The position numbers and the translations under genes were made by a program. From Macrostomum lignano (taxonomy: Eukaryota), in the NCBI GenBank assembly GCA_002269645.1, contig NIVC01004009.1:1-64000 (forward strand): a stretch of DNA of 64,000 nucleotides, read 5' to 3'. This document shows, one piece after another, positions 38,726 through 50,200 of this stretch. The notes beneath the pieces were generated by a model, which saw only the letters and a program-made list of their open reading frames with translations, made no database searches and was not told the DNA's origin. The first letter of the stretch is position 1. Every line of letters begins with the position of its first letter.

Positions 38726-39802
38726 ACAATGACCAAAGACATCAGCAAATATTGCCACGAATGCCACTCATGCGCAGCCGCAAAAACGGGACGACGCCAA
38801 AAGCCACAACTACAAACAGTACCGAAAACAACGACATGGGACACAGTCTCCCTCGACATTTCGGGACCACTACCTGCCGCACGACAACACTCGATCAACT
38901 ACACATACATCCTCACCGCTCTCGACGTCTTCTCGAAATTCGCTATAGCAATCCCACTGCCGAACATTACCGCCGAAACAGTAGCTATGGCGTTCTACAA
39001 CGAGATTGTCTGCAAGTATGGAACGCCCAAGACTCTAACCACCGACAACGGAACGCAGTTCACCTCACAACTATTTCAACAGGCTGCAAAACTGCTTAAC
39101 ATACAACAAATATATACGTCTACCTACAACCCCAAAGCAAACTTAGTAGAAAGATTTCACCGCAATCTACACGAAATGCTGACCCACTATGTCTACAAGC
39201 AACCAGAAGATTGGATCATCTACTTGAAAGCGGTAACAATGGCATACAACAGCGCGAGACATCGGTCAACGGATAACACGCCATTCTTCTTGATGTTTGC
39301 TCGAGATTTTCAACCGCCCAGCCTACTCGCAAAACAATTACTACCATCTCAGTACGTGGAAACACCGCCGACACTCCAGACCTTTGCAACGCGACTACAC
39401 CTGGCTTGGCAAATTGCCAAACACACTTTTGACAACCAGACGGCAACATCGACAAAAACCAACAACGCATCTACGCTACAAGTCGGAGATATGGTCTATT
39501 TGCACTATCCAGCACAACAGACGCACAAACACGCACAAAAGTACAAAGGACCATTTCGTGTATCAGCACTGACTTCGGCAACCACAGCCAAACTGGCCAA
39601 TGTCCAAGATCCACATCAGCTGCAGTTCTACGTGCACATTCATCGACTGAAACGCATCAACACAGACTCTACATTTCTGCCAAATTTAAACAATGAAAAT
39701 CACACAAAAAGACCGTCTAAACACATTGCTACTTCTCACGCTGAAACACAAACTACGGACACTCCCATAACTAACCACCCCTATAGCCTTAGACCCCGCT
39801 AG
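38726..39802 (+). mobile_element. Gypsy integrase
   Basis: CHECHSC, VSLDISGP, TTDNGTQF, VERFHRNL, KYKGPF (GPY/F), ends HPYSLRPR. Confidence 0.95.
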
Positions 39803-39907
39803 ATTACTAACACCCGTGTGGAACTCGGGAAAGAATAAGTCCACAGCTTCACTGTGCTTGTCGTAAGAGGCGACTTAACAGAAATCTATAGCAACTGAAA
39901 CACAATA

Positions 39908-41923
39908 ATGGCTAAAAAATTCGAATGCCCTGTCTGTCTAGACAACAACCTTCCGAAGAAACCGCCATGTATATGTGTAAATAATCACCGCACATGCGGC
40001 ACTTGCCTCAGTGACGCTCATTATATCCAGCCCTGGCGAAATTGCCCCATGTGTCGAAGCGCTCTACGCCAATGCATGATTTGTACATCATGGCGCACCT
40101 ACAAGTTCTGTACCAATGAACATTTTCTATGCATGCGTTGCATCAAGAAATTAGCTAGGCGATCAGTGCTTCTGTGCCCTGAATGTGATGCTTTTCCTCT
40201 GGTAAAAATGCGCGACCAACTTTTACGTATACAACCGGTACAAACGGTTCAGTTATCTGCATCCATAGTGCATCAACTCGCTCCAATAGACGTTATTCGC
40301 CGACTAGACAAGTGGCCCCTTCCTAAAAACTCTCGCTCCGCATATGTGCACCTCGTTATGTACGAGGTGTATTCAAAAAGTTCTTTTCGGTGCCCTACAA
40401 AACTGAACACAAAACAACTGGAACTATGAAAACACTGTTAGATTGCTTAACATGATTCTGTCACTCAACATATTCACCGCCAATGTCTTTGCACTTCTGC
40501 CAGCGATTTACCAGGCCTCTGATTTCGGAACTCACACCACTCGCGTCCGTTTGGCGAACAGCTTGATTGCATGCAGCTTCGATGTGCTCGACGCTGTCAA
40601 ATCGAATGCCCCGAAGGTGCTTCTTCACAGATGGAAATAAGAAGAAGTCGCACGGCGACAAATCAGGCGAATAGGGTGGATGTTGGAGCACTTTCCAGCC
40701 CCATTTGCTCAGGAGTTCCACGACGTTGTGCTTGCGATGTGCTGGCGCATTGTCGTGCAGCAGGATCACGCCAGATTCCAGCAGACCAGGGCGCTTCTTT
40801 CGTATTGCTGGGCGCAGCTTCTCCTGCAGAATCCACTTGTAGTAGTCCCCATTGACGGTGGTTCCTTGTGGGACTGCCCAGTTCAGCAGGATTCCTAGGG
40901 AATCAAAAAACATGACGTGCATGATCTTTATCGCGCCCTGCTTCCTGATGGCCTTCTGAGGTCTTGGAGAATGTGCTGGAAGCCATTCGGCAGACTGGGC
41001 CTTTGTCTCAGGATCCCAGCTGTAAACCCACGTCTCGTCTCCAGCAACAATTCTTGATAGAAAATCCTCCCCTTCTCGATGGAACCGACGCAGGTGGCTG
41101 CTTGAAGCCAGAGTTCGCTGCATCTTTTGCTCACCTGTCAGCAGGTGTGGCACCCACTTGCAGAACTTTTTCTGTAGGAGAAGACGCTCAGTCAGAATAG
41201 TGTGGACGCTTCCACTGACACACCAACGTCTTCTGCCAACTCTTCGCAAGTCCGTCGCCGATCATCATCCAAGAGCTCTTGCACTTTCTTCACAACAGTC
41301 TCTTTGGTTGCAGTCATCGGCCTTCCAGAGCGGCCATTGTCCTCAACGCTCTCTCTTCCCTCAGCGAACAGCCGGTACCATTTTCGAACTGTCTGCTCAG
41401 TTGGTGCACAGTTGCCAAGCACTTGCTGAAGCTCCCTAAACATATCCGGTGGCTTTTTTCCTTGCAGAAACTGAAACTTCATCAAGCTTCGAACGTCTTG
41501 CTTTGAAAATGATTCAGCCATGGCCAAGAAATTGAGTGGCAGCTGATAGAAATGTTCGCTGCTCTAACATAGTTGCAAACTGAGACTTAAAACCCTAGGA
41601 ACGTTTAGGCCATAGACATAACTTGGTAAAATCGCTAAAATTCTGCTTACAACGCTTTCTAAAAATAAATGCCAAAGGACCGAAAAGAACTTTTTGAATA
41701 AACCTCGTACACACATCATAATAGACACCGACTAATACTCTTCCCGTTACAACGAAATCAACAACGTTTGTTACAGTATCTATCAATATGCGAACAGCCA
41801 AGTCTTCCATTCCACTGTGCTATAATACCCCTACTTATTAAGAAGCATGCCGATTTAACGATGTTATTAAAGTATAGCGAGCTAATAGCCTGGCAAGGCG
41901 ATACGTACGACGAAGTCGATTAA
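39908..41923 (+). CDS. Double-RING protein A (39908-40362 + 41708-41923), interrupted by mariner
   Basis: CPVC..C.NNH.TC.TC..CPMC followed by a second C..C.NEH..C..C..CPEC; reading frame resumes after the transposon and matches 45046-45276. Confidence 0.8.
40363..41707 (-). mobile_element. Mariner (DD34D) transposon, full length, one frameshift
   Basis: About 29-bp TIRs CGAGGT(G/T)TATTCAAAAAGTTCTTTTCGGT; TA duplication; DETW, HDNAPAH, YSPDLSPCDF; empty site present in the paralogous copy near 45060. Confidence 0.97.
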
Positions 41924-41956
41924 TAAAGTATACCAGTACCTCCCCTTATTCCCCAG

Positions 41957-42559
41957 ATGGAATCATGTCCCGTGTGCTACGAGGAAGAAATCACACCATA
42001 CGTCTACTGCCAGAACGGACACAAGCTGTGTTTCCTCTGCTGCACTACAGAACTGATGGACAAGTGCCCCCTGTGCCGAGCACCACCTACCAACTGCCAA
42101 GTGTGCAACGAAGTCCCACAAAGGCAACTCTGTGGAAACAAGCACTGGGTATGCCACGACTGCGTAATGTCAATACAGTGACGCAACATGACAAGGTGTG
42201 TCACCTGCGCTCAACCAATCTTAATCGACACCCCGGGCAACAATGACCACATAATCACGCTAACGACGAATACCTTAAACAACTTAAGGACAACTGATCT
42301 TGCCCAGATCATCAGAGAGTGGCCTATACCCTACAACCGGCAGCCACAGCTAACCTTCTTGTTCCAACGGGCCCGACATTACGCCATGACGACAAACGCC
42401 CTTCCTGCGGAGGAAATCTACCTCAACCTACTTCACGAGACCAACACTCAGGAGTACACAGCCGTTCAACACCTCATCTGGCCCATAGCATTACTAACGG
42501 CAAGTATCAACAATTACTTCATCACAACGCTCAACGACCACTTTGCTTCTTGCTACTAA
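41957..42559 (+). CDS. Double-RING protein B (internal TGA at 42179)
   Basis: CPVC..CQNGH.LC.LC..CPLC / CQVC..C.NKH..C..C..C..C followed by the shared REWP...EEIY..L...QHL.WP tail. Confidence 0.8.
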
Positions 42560-42686
42560 ACATTCACATAGCTCAATTGACTCTACCTTCCACCAATTAT
42601 GGCCACATAGAAAACAGCATTGTTTCTACGCACCAATCACAAACAATAACCATCGAAACACCCGAGTCCACTACAATTAGTCTACG

Positions 42687-42740
<54 letters not shown>

Positions 42741-42810
42741 ACTACTCGCCTACATACATAGCACACGCCTTACGAAACTACCCTACCACGCTACCATATC
42801 TTGCCTTACA

Positions 42811-43419
42811 ATGCCTGAAGTAGAATGCCCCGTCTGCCTGGAGGAGGCCACCTACCAGCAGGTGATGTGCCAATACGGGCACAAAACCTGCTTCAGGTGC
42901 GTCGACTCCGGCATGATAGCCATTTGCCCACTATGTCGCGACCCCCTAATAGCGTGTAGCCTTTGCGGGGACAATCCCCAGGTGAAGCTGTGCCAGTCTC
43001 GTCACTGGTGCTGCTTCACCTGCCTGCAAAGGCTGGGTACACGTGGTATCACCTATTGCCCTAATTGCCTTGACACTCTCCTTCCCCCGACAGTAGAATT
43101 AAACCAAAATACCGAAATCTGGCCAGAGGTGGGCCTGCATAACCTGGAACAATTCACCGAACGAGAAATCGCCGACAATATCCGAGAGTGGCCGCTGCCG
43201 GTCGAGTTGCACGACGCACGCCAGCGACTGCTAGCTTTCGGCCGGCAACAAGCGGTTACGGAACCGCCTAGATCGGCGGAGGACATCTACAACCAACTAA
43301 CTGATACGATGAACAGCTCCCACTACATCCCACTACAACATCTGTTCTGGCCAGTCGCCAGCTTGGTGACACGAACGCAACGATACATCCGGCGCACCTT
43401 GACGGACATTTTTCAATAA
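42811..43419 (+). CDS. Double-RING protein C (intact)
   Basis: CPVC-x10-C-x3-H-x2-C-x2-C-x8-CPLC, then CSLC..CQSRH..C..C..CPNC, then the shared helical tail. Confidence 0.85.
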   Translation: MPEVECPVCLEEATYQQVMCQYGHKTCFRCVDSGMIAICPLCRDPLIACSLCGDNPQVKLCQSRHWCCFTCLQRLGTRGITYCPNCLDTLLPPTVELNQNTEIWPEVGLHNLEQFTEREIADNIREWPLPVELHDARQRLLAFGRQQAVTEPPRSAEDIYNQLTDTMNSSHYIPLQHLFWPVASLVTRTQRYIRRTLTDIFQ

Positions 43420-43719
43420 ACATTGTGACACTGTCATGTACTCTTGCTTATCTTAACTGATTTACTTACGTAACTGTTTTGCTTGTATGTGTTGCTCCCT
43501 CATGTGTATCTTGTATACTCATATTTTGACTCTCCCCAATAAGTGACAATGACTATGTCTTCACCAACTTACTTAGCATCTGGCATGCAATTGCTTCCTT
43601 GTTCACATACTCAGCTGAAAATTATTATAATAACCATGTAAATAAAACAATATTCACCAGTTCAACCCTTCAGCTTATAAAACAAATTCGAGACGAATTT
43701 TTTGTAAAAAAGGAGATAT

Positions 43720-44690
43720 TGTAGAGATCTCCAAATACGATACAAAGTAAACTACTGTAAGTAGTAACATAAAAAAGCGAAAAACTTGAATGTTATAAAA
43801 ATTGCAAAATTGTCATACTCTATTTTAAGACCGTGAATACAACGTACGACGAAGCATGAGACAAGTTGCTACTATGGTGAAATATGTTGCAACTATGGTG
43901 AAATATGATAAAATATGATGAAATCTGATGAAATATGATGAAATATGAGTCGCGCTACTAAGTATATACCAAAAATTCGTCTATAAATATAAGCGTAAAA
44001 TCCGAGCTGAAACCTCAGACTCGGAGCAGCCTCAAAAGATCTTGTGGTTAGTTAGAGCAACTAATCGACGCTATATCTCTGGGAGAGAAGCGTATCAATT
44101 GTGAAGTGTTGTTCAAGTCTTCGTTATTTTGATTAATTAAGAGCGATTTTATTGCCGGCCGGCCGTTGCTGATCCGTTGAATTTACTGAGACTATTTTAG
44201 GCCTCCCATTTTCCTAAGCGATTGGATAGGATCTGCGGATCGATTCCGATACCCTTAGAGGATTACTGACTGTTGATTTGGATTATCCTAGATTAACAGA
44301 TAGGAGCACACGACTCCCATTCCGTTAGATCTAAAAGAAGACGCCCCTTTTGGAGGACCTCGCGTTAGAATTCGAGTTTATTAGGGCGCTCTGTTGATAC
44401 TGATTTGGCACTCGAGAAACGTACTGAATCCCGCACTCAAGGAGATATTTCGACGTCGACTTCACTGTTCTGCTCTCACTCTCGGCCGACTTTGGACTTC
44501 GAAGACTTCAAGAAGATTCCTCCGGAGAAGAAGATTGGAAGAAGCGAACTCTACAAACGCGCGCATTAAAGAAGAAACAAGGAACAAGCTCGGAGAACCT
44601 GCCCGACACAGAAGAAGAATCCGCCACAGTAAGTGCACACGTTAAATTTGTTCCCAGGCTTAAGTGTCTGGAAGTGGGAGTTTACGGGTG
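43720..44690 (+). mobile_element. 3' LTR of the RING-carrying Gypsy element, about 1 kb (3' end approximate)
   Basis: PPT AAAAAAGGAGATAT directly followed by TGTAGAGATCTCC; TATAAATA near 43983; 3' block CCCAGGCTTA..GTCTGGAAGTGGGAGTT shared with 52012-52040. Confidence 0.7.
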
Positions 44691-44714
44691 ACTGATCACC
44701 TCCCGAATCAACTC

Positions 44715-45276
44715 TTCAACCATATCCAATTTTGGCAAGCCTGCCCCATATGTCGTGGCGCCCTATGACAATCTATGATTTGTACATCATGGTGCACCCA
44801 AAAGTTCTGTAAAAATGAACATTTTCTATGCATGCAGTGTACCAAGAAACTAGCCGCTCGAAAACTGCTTATGTGCTCTGAATGCGATGCCTTTTTCCTT
44901 AGTACAAATGCGCGATCAACTCCTACGCATACAACTGGTACGAACGGTTCAATTGGCTGAAAACATTGCGTACTAACTCGCTCCAATAGACGTTATTTGT
45001 CGACTAGACGATTGTCTATTTCCTAGAAACTCTCGCTCGGCATATGTGCACCTCGTTATGTACGCACATCATAATAGACACCAACTAATACTCTTCCCGT
45101 TACAACGTATTCAGCAACGTCTTTTAAGATACTTATCAACATGCGAATTACCATGCCTCCCATTTCATTGCGCTATATTATCGATACTTATTAAACGAAA
45201 TGCTGATTTAACCATGTTAGTAACGTACAGTGAGTTAACAGCCTGGCAAGGCGATACGTACGACGAAGTAGATTAA
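44715..45276 (+). pseudogene. Double-RING A' (5'-truncated, frameshifted)
   Basis: CPICRGAL..MICTSWCTQKFCKNEHFLC; C-terminus matches A. Confidence 0.8.
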
Positions 45277-45309
45277 TAAAGTATACCAGTACCTTCCCTT
45301 ATCATCCAG

Positions 45310-45912
45310 ATGGAATCATGTCACGTGTGCTACGAGGAAGAAATCACACCATTTGTCTACTGCCAGAACGGACACAGGCTGTGCTTCCTCTGCTGCACTA
45401 CAGAAATGATCGACAAGTGTCCCTTGTGCCGAGCACCACCAACGCACTGCCAAGTGTACAACACCGTCCCACAACTACAACTCTGTGAAAACAAGCACTG
45501 GGTATGCCACGATTGCGTAATGTCAACACAGCGACACAAAATCACAAAGTGTGTCACCTGCGCTCAACCGATCCTGGTCGACACTCCGGACAACAATGAA
45601 CACAAAGTCACACTAACGACAGACAGCTTGAACAACATGACGACAACTGACCTTGCCCAGATCATCCGAGAGTGGCCTATTCCCTACGACCGATAACCAC
45701 AGCTAACCTTTTTGTTCCAACGGGCCCGACATTACGCCATGATGACAAATGCCATTCCTGCGGAGGAGATCTACCTAAGCCTACTGCACGAGACCAACGC
45801 TCAGGAGTACGCAACGGTTCAACACCTAGTCCGGCCCATCGCACTACTAACGGCAAGCATCAATAATTACTTCATCACAACGCTCAATGACCACTTTGCC
45901 TCTTGTTATTAA
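45310..45912 (+). pseudogene. Double-RING B' (internal TAA at 45694)
   Basis: Colinear with B over its full length. Confidence 0.8.
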
Positions 45913-46113
45913 ACAATAACATAGCTCAATTGACTAACACTCAGATAGGGATAAATAGTAAACACCTACCTTCAACCAATTATGGCCACGCAAAAAAACA
46001 TTGTTTCTACGCACCTATCACAAACAATAACCATCGACACTCCCGAGCCAACTGCAATTAGTCTACGATAACATATATAGGCCACGGCTCGCCAACATAC
46101 ACAGCGCAGGTCC

Positions 46114-46420
46114 TGTTGTGACTTTTCATGCAAATAAAGTAGAGAGCGCTAAATAGAAGTTTGTAGTTAACGAGAGAGCGTTCTGGAGCTAGAGAGCCCG
46201 CGCGCGAGCCTAAATAACTTACTAGCCGATTTTATTGATTCGCGTAGATAACAGAACCACAGAAGAGGGGGTGGAACGTACATTTATCGAGAAAGATAAG
46301 CGATGGACGAAGGGGGGTGGCGTACATGGGGGGCCGAGGCGCTGATCAATAAGGTGGATGGTTAGGCAGAGAGGGGAGCAAGTGCAGGCGCACTTATATT
46401 AAAATAACAATTTAGCGACA
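46114..46420. mobile_element. Solo LTR (307 bp) with 5-bp TSD GGTCC
   Basis: GGTCC-TGTTGTGAC...TAGCGACA-GGTCC; absent from the equivalent spacer in the first cassette. Confidence 0.85.
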
Positions 46421-46444
46421 GGTCCTACTAAATCTTCATTTACA

Positions 46445-46737
46445 ATGGCAAACACAGAAGAAGAGTGCCCTGTGTGTTGGAGGCGGCCACCTTCCAGCAA
46501 GTAATGTGCCAATACGGGCACAAAACCTGCTTTAGGTGCGTCGACTCAGGAATGATAGCTACGTGCCCCCTATGCCGCGACCTGTTAATAGCTTGTAGCC
46601 TTTGCGGGGACAATCCCCAGGTGAGGCTGTGCCAGTCCCGTCACTGGTGCTGCTTCACCTGCCTGCAAAGGCTAGGTACACGCGGCATAACTTACTGCCC
46701 CAGCTGCCTCGGCACACTTCTTTCCCCGACGGTCTGA
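46445..46737 (+). pseudogene. Double-RING C' (1-bp deletion, 3'-truncated)
   Basis: Nearly identical RING region to C. Confidence 0.8.
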
Positions 46738-47700
46738 AAAGTACTATAAAAAGCTCATGTTAACCAAGCAAGAAGCTCGCCCCTCCCTGGCCTTGCCTCT
46801 CTTTCGCCTCTCTTCTCCCTTCTCGCTATTCTAACTACTTTTGGTTAAAACAGCTAGGGTCTCAACCCAAACACTAAAACTGATAAATTGACTCACTAAA
46901 ACTAAAACAACAACCAACCCACGTTCCACAATAGACGGAACCTTCGGTTCACCCGAACACTTAGAAACCCATTGGAACTCGAACAAAACGAGCTTCTTAT
47001 TTGGAATTCCATCTTAGACATTATATTTTGTAAGATAACATCTCGAGATTGTGACCATCAAATACAACGGTCTATAAGTTACCATCAAGTGTTTGCATCA
47101 TCAGGAAAAGTCAGTTGAATCCGCCGCCTCAGTTATTTGGCTCTCACATTGATATTTGAAGTAGAACAAGAGCCATAGAAGTGAGAGACCAGAAGAAGAA
47201 CAATAACATATATTTTAAAATATTTCACTCCTCTATGCGACGTAATGTACAGAATATGTGCCACTGCAGCATCTAATATGGCCGATGGCATGTCTAACAC
47301 AAAAGACACGGAACTAACATGGGATACATTCTGATACACATAACTATTCTGAGACTAACAGATACGAGCTACAGTAAGATAGTGCAACGTTGTTCTACTA
47401 TATCGGAATTCTTACACCCATGCCTGACTCAAATATACTCGTACCAATAGATATAACATGGTATCACAGGAAAATACTTTTAATCTATGTCCAGGCCACC
47501 GTAATTCAGAGTGAAACTTGAAACCAATGCATGCCGGCCTAGAAAATATGCGCTACTTTTCACCAATTAAAATTTAATGGTTGCAACAACGAACCAATGA
47601 TAGCCGCCATGCGTACCTACATATATATACTCATTAACAACCATCCATGCCTTGCCAAACACCCTTTGTAAAAATTTAACACAAGACTATACCCTCCGAG

Positions 47701-48324
47701 ATGGAAGATATGTGCCCCGTTTGCCTGGAAGAGAAATCCCAGCAACGACCCCTCTGCCAGAACGGTCATGGAATATGTTTCACCTGTTTCGATATGGGCT
47801 TCAGTCACAACGGTTCATTATGCCGTGATCCGATCATTAGCTGCAGACTTTGTGGGGAAGATCCCAACGTGAAACCATGTAGCTCCAAACACTGGAGCTG
47901 TTTCACATGCCTCCAGAGGCTAGCACGACGGGGCATTAGCTATTGCCCCACCTGCTTCGGGCCGATAGAACCGGCCGCAGCTCATCTAGTACAACAAACG
48001 CCAAGACACAATGAACTCGGTCTCAACAACCTAGAAGCCTTACCAGCACATGAGATTGCTGCCAATGTGCAGGCTTGGCCAATACCAACTAGCCTGCACG
48101 GTGCGCGTCAACATCTTCTGGCCGTTGGACGATACTACACCATGGCCGACAGTTTGCTGATCCCGGAGGAGGAGGTGTACTACCACCTCCTCGAGGCAAC
48201 AGAAGACACGCAGCTAACCACAATTCAACACCTCATGTGGCCCGTGGCGGTGTTGACAGCCAGAGTACAGAGAATATTCCACATATTTTTGACGAACATT
48301 TCGATTAGAAAAAAAACAAGCTAG
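47701..48324 (+). CDS. Double-RING protein D (diverged C-like; first RING partly degenerate)
   Basis: CPVC..CQNGH..C..C..NGSLC / CRLC..CSSKH..C..C..CPTC plus QAWP..EEEVY..QHLMWP. Confidence 0.8.
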   Translation: MEDMCPVCLEEKSQQRPLCQNGHGICFTCFDMGFSHNGSLCRDPIISCRLCGEDPNVKPCSSKHWSCFTCLQRLARRGISYCPTCFGPIEPAAAHLVQQTPRHNELGLNNLEALPAHEIAANVQAWPIPTSLHGARQHLLAVGRYYTMADSLLIPEEEVYYHLLEATEDTQLTTIQHLMWPVAVLTARVQRIFHIFLTNISIRKKTS

Positions 48325-48516
48325 GACTCTCACCTGCATACGAACATATTTAAACTTTTAACGCGACAATCGGTTATTACGGTTTAATATTATGTCAATA
48401 TATTGAATATATCAAATAACGTTTTCCATATCATTAATGAGCCGCTTGCCTACTGTAAATCGCCTTTAAGTCCCAACGTAAATTCGGGAGAAATTTTTCG
48501 TAAAAAAGGGAGATAT

Positions 48517-48640
48517 TGTTGAAGTCTCCAAGCCTCATAACCTACTAGAAGTAGTAAGATAAAACTATGAATACTATTTAAAAATTAACATGCGTCAAAG
48601 TAATAATTTTTAGTAATACATGCAATATCACGTAAACAGA
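48517..48640 (+). mobile_element. PPT and start of a related LTR (truncated)
   Basis: AAAAAAGGGAGATAT followed by TGTTGAAGTCTCC; upstream AAATTCG.GA.AA.TTTT..TAAAAAAG shared with 43685-43719. Confidence 0.7.
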
Positions 48641-49077
48641 GAGTGACCATCAACATAGTCCAAAAAACCGGTTTTCAACCTATATGGTAAATGTCAATTT
48701 AAATGCGATCCAAGCTTCACCCTTTTCTATGTAAAACCCCACCGGTCAAGAGACAAAGTCCATCTTTTGATTCTTATCAGTAGAATTTTCCATCCGTTCC
48801 ACCTCCGAGAGTAATTCAGAAAACTATTGAATAGCATGCTGCGACATAGTGCCCACAAAGACGTAGATAGTTAAGGAGCGAGCAAATCCAGTTTAATCAA
48901 TCCTCGCCAGCGCCGATGAAACTCCCGCGGCAAAGTTTATAGTAGGCCTAGAGAAAAAAACCCCAATAAAATCGATCATCCTACGATCCCCACCCCCAGT
49001 AGGGGTAAGAGCCGTAAATAAAACAGCGGAGGCCCACAACCCTCACCCGCGTACATTTGGCTAGCCACGTATGTACA

Positions 49078-49476
49078 ATGCCAAAACAAGAATTAACTAA
49101 CAGCCGAAATTATTCCCGCACAATGGCCGGTCGTGGGTGGCGCACCTACACAGCCTACGATGCGTATCAAAGAAGGCCGGGCATCCGTTTTAGAGATGTC
49201 ACGGTGCAAGGCCAACCGTGCATGAAGGTGGACGCCCCGACGCAGGTTACAGAGAAAGACCTCGACGGCGGGCGATCCGTGGCTTCCGGAACCACGGATC
49301 CCGAAGGGGGAGTCGTCCGAATCCCAAGAAGGGCATGGCCGGGGGGCGACTATGAACCAACATCAACTAGCCGCTGGCGGTCTCTCCAGACCCACCCCAT
49401 CTTTGCCTGGGGCAACCCCAACGGAGCGCCCCGGAAGCAAAAAATGATCGGCTACATAAGTAGTAGTATGATGTAA
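49078..49476 (+). CDS. Orphan ORF, unknown
   Basis: Open frame of about 130 codons in a GC-rich island; no motif recognised. Confidence 0.2.
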   Translation: MPKQELTNSRNYSRTMAGRGWRTYTAYDAYQRRPGIRFRDVTVQGQPCMKVDAPTQVTEKDLDGGRSVASGTTDPEGGVVRIPRRAWPGGDYEPTSTSRWRSLQTHPIFAWGNPNGAPRKQKMIGYISSSMM

Positions 49477-50200
49477 GGGGTTGGGCCACATTGATCGTTC
49501 GGGCGCAGTTCGCGCCACTCACTAGATGACTCACCCCCTTACACCATTCGACTACAACCAGGAGGTCAGAGTTGCAAGAGGGTGTATAGACATGGCGTGG
49601 GGCAATGAGGGTGAGGGCATGGAGGGGGCATTGGCATGTGGTATATTTCGCTGAACACAGATTTTTAGAATTTTTTACACTTTTAAAAAAGGGGTGCCCT
49701 CATCTCATGCCCTCATTTTTTGTGATTTTTAAATATTTGGCAAAAGTGCCATTTTCGAGATTTTGTGAGTAAAACCATAAGAAATGTGTGGTTTGGGGGT
49801 TAATATAATCTATTTTCAAGAATAAACAATATGAAAGTGTCATCCGATTTGAGATTACTTACTTTTTTCATTATAAAAATGGTTTTCAGTAAACCAATTT
49901 TTCTTTGTAAACCATTCAATGATGCAAGCAAAAACTAGTTAACTGCGTATAAATGCGCAATCCAAAGCTTCTGCAGTGAGTCACTCTTCTCTAAACCTGT
50001 GTGCGTTACAATTATTCGTTTTTAACCCCAGTATGTTGCATGAGGTTTCATTCACTGGCCTCTATTCGTTTTTAACAAAAGACACAATGACCCACTACGA
50101 AATGGATGGCTAACACACAGAACAACTAAACTAAAAAAAGCTTCCATTTAAATACCTGCACAGCGATTCCTCTGAATCTCTGTGTTGAAAGTATTTTACT

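Noticed and set aside
47085-47115. Third hammerhead (CTGATGA on minus strand)
   Set aside because: No stem II or GAAA.
49455-49475. Polinton terminus (AGTAGT)
   Set aside because: No matching inverted end or 6-bp TSD in the window.
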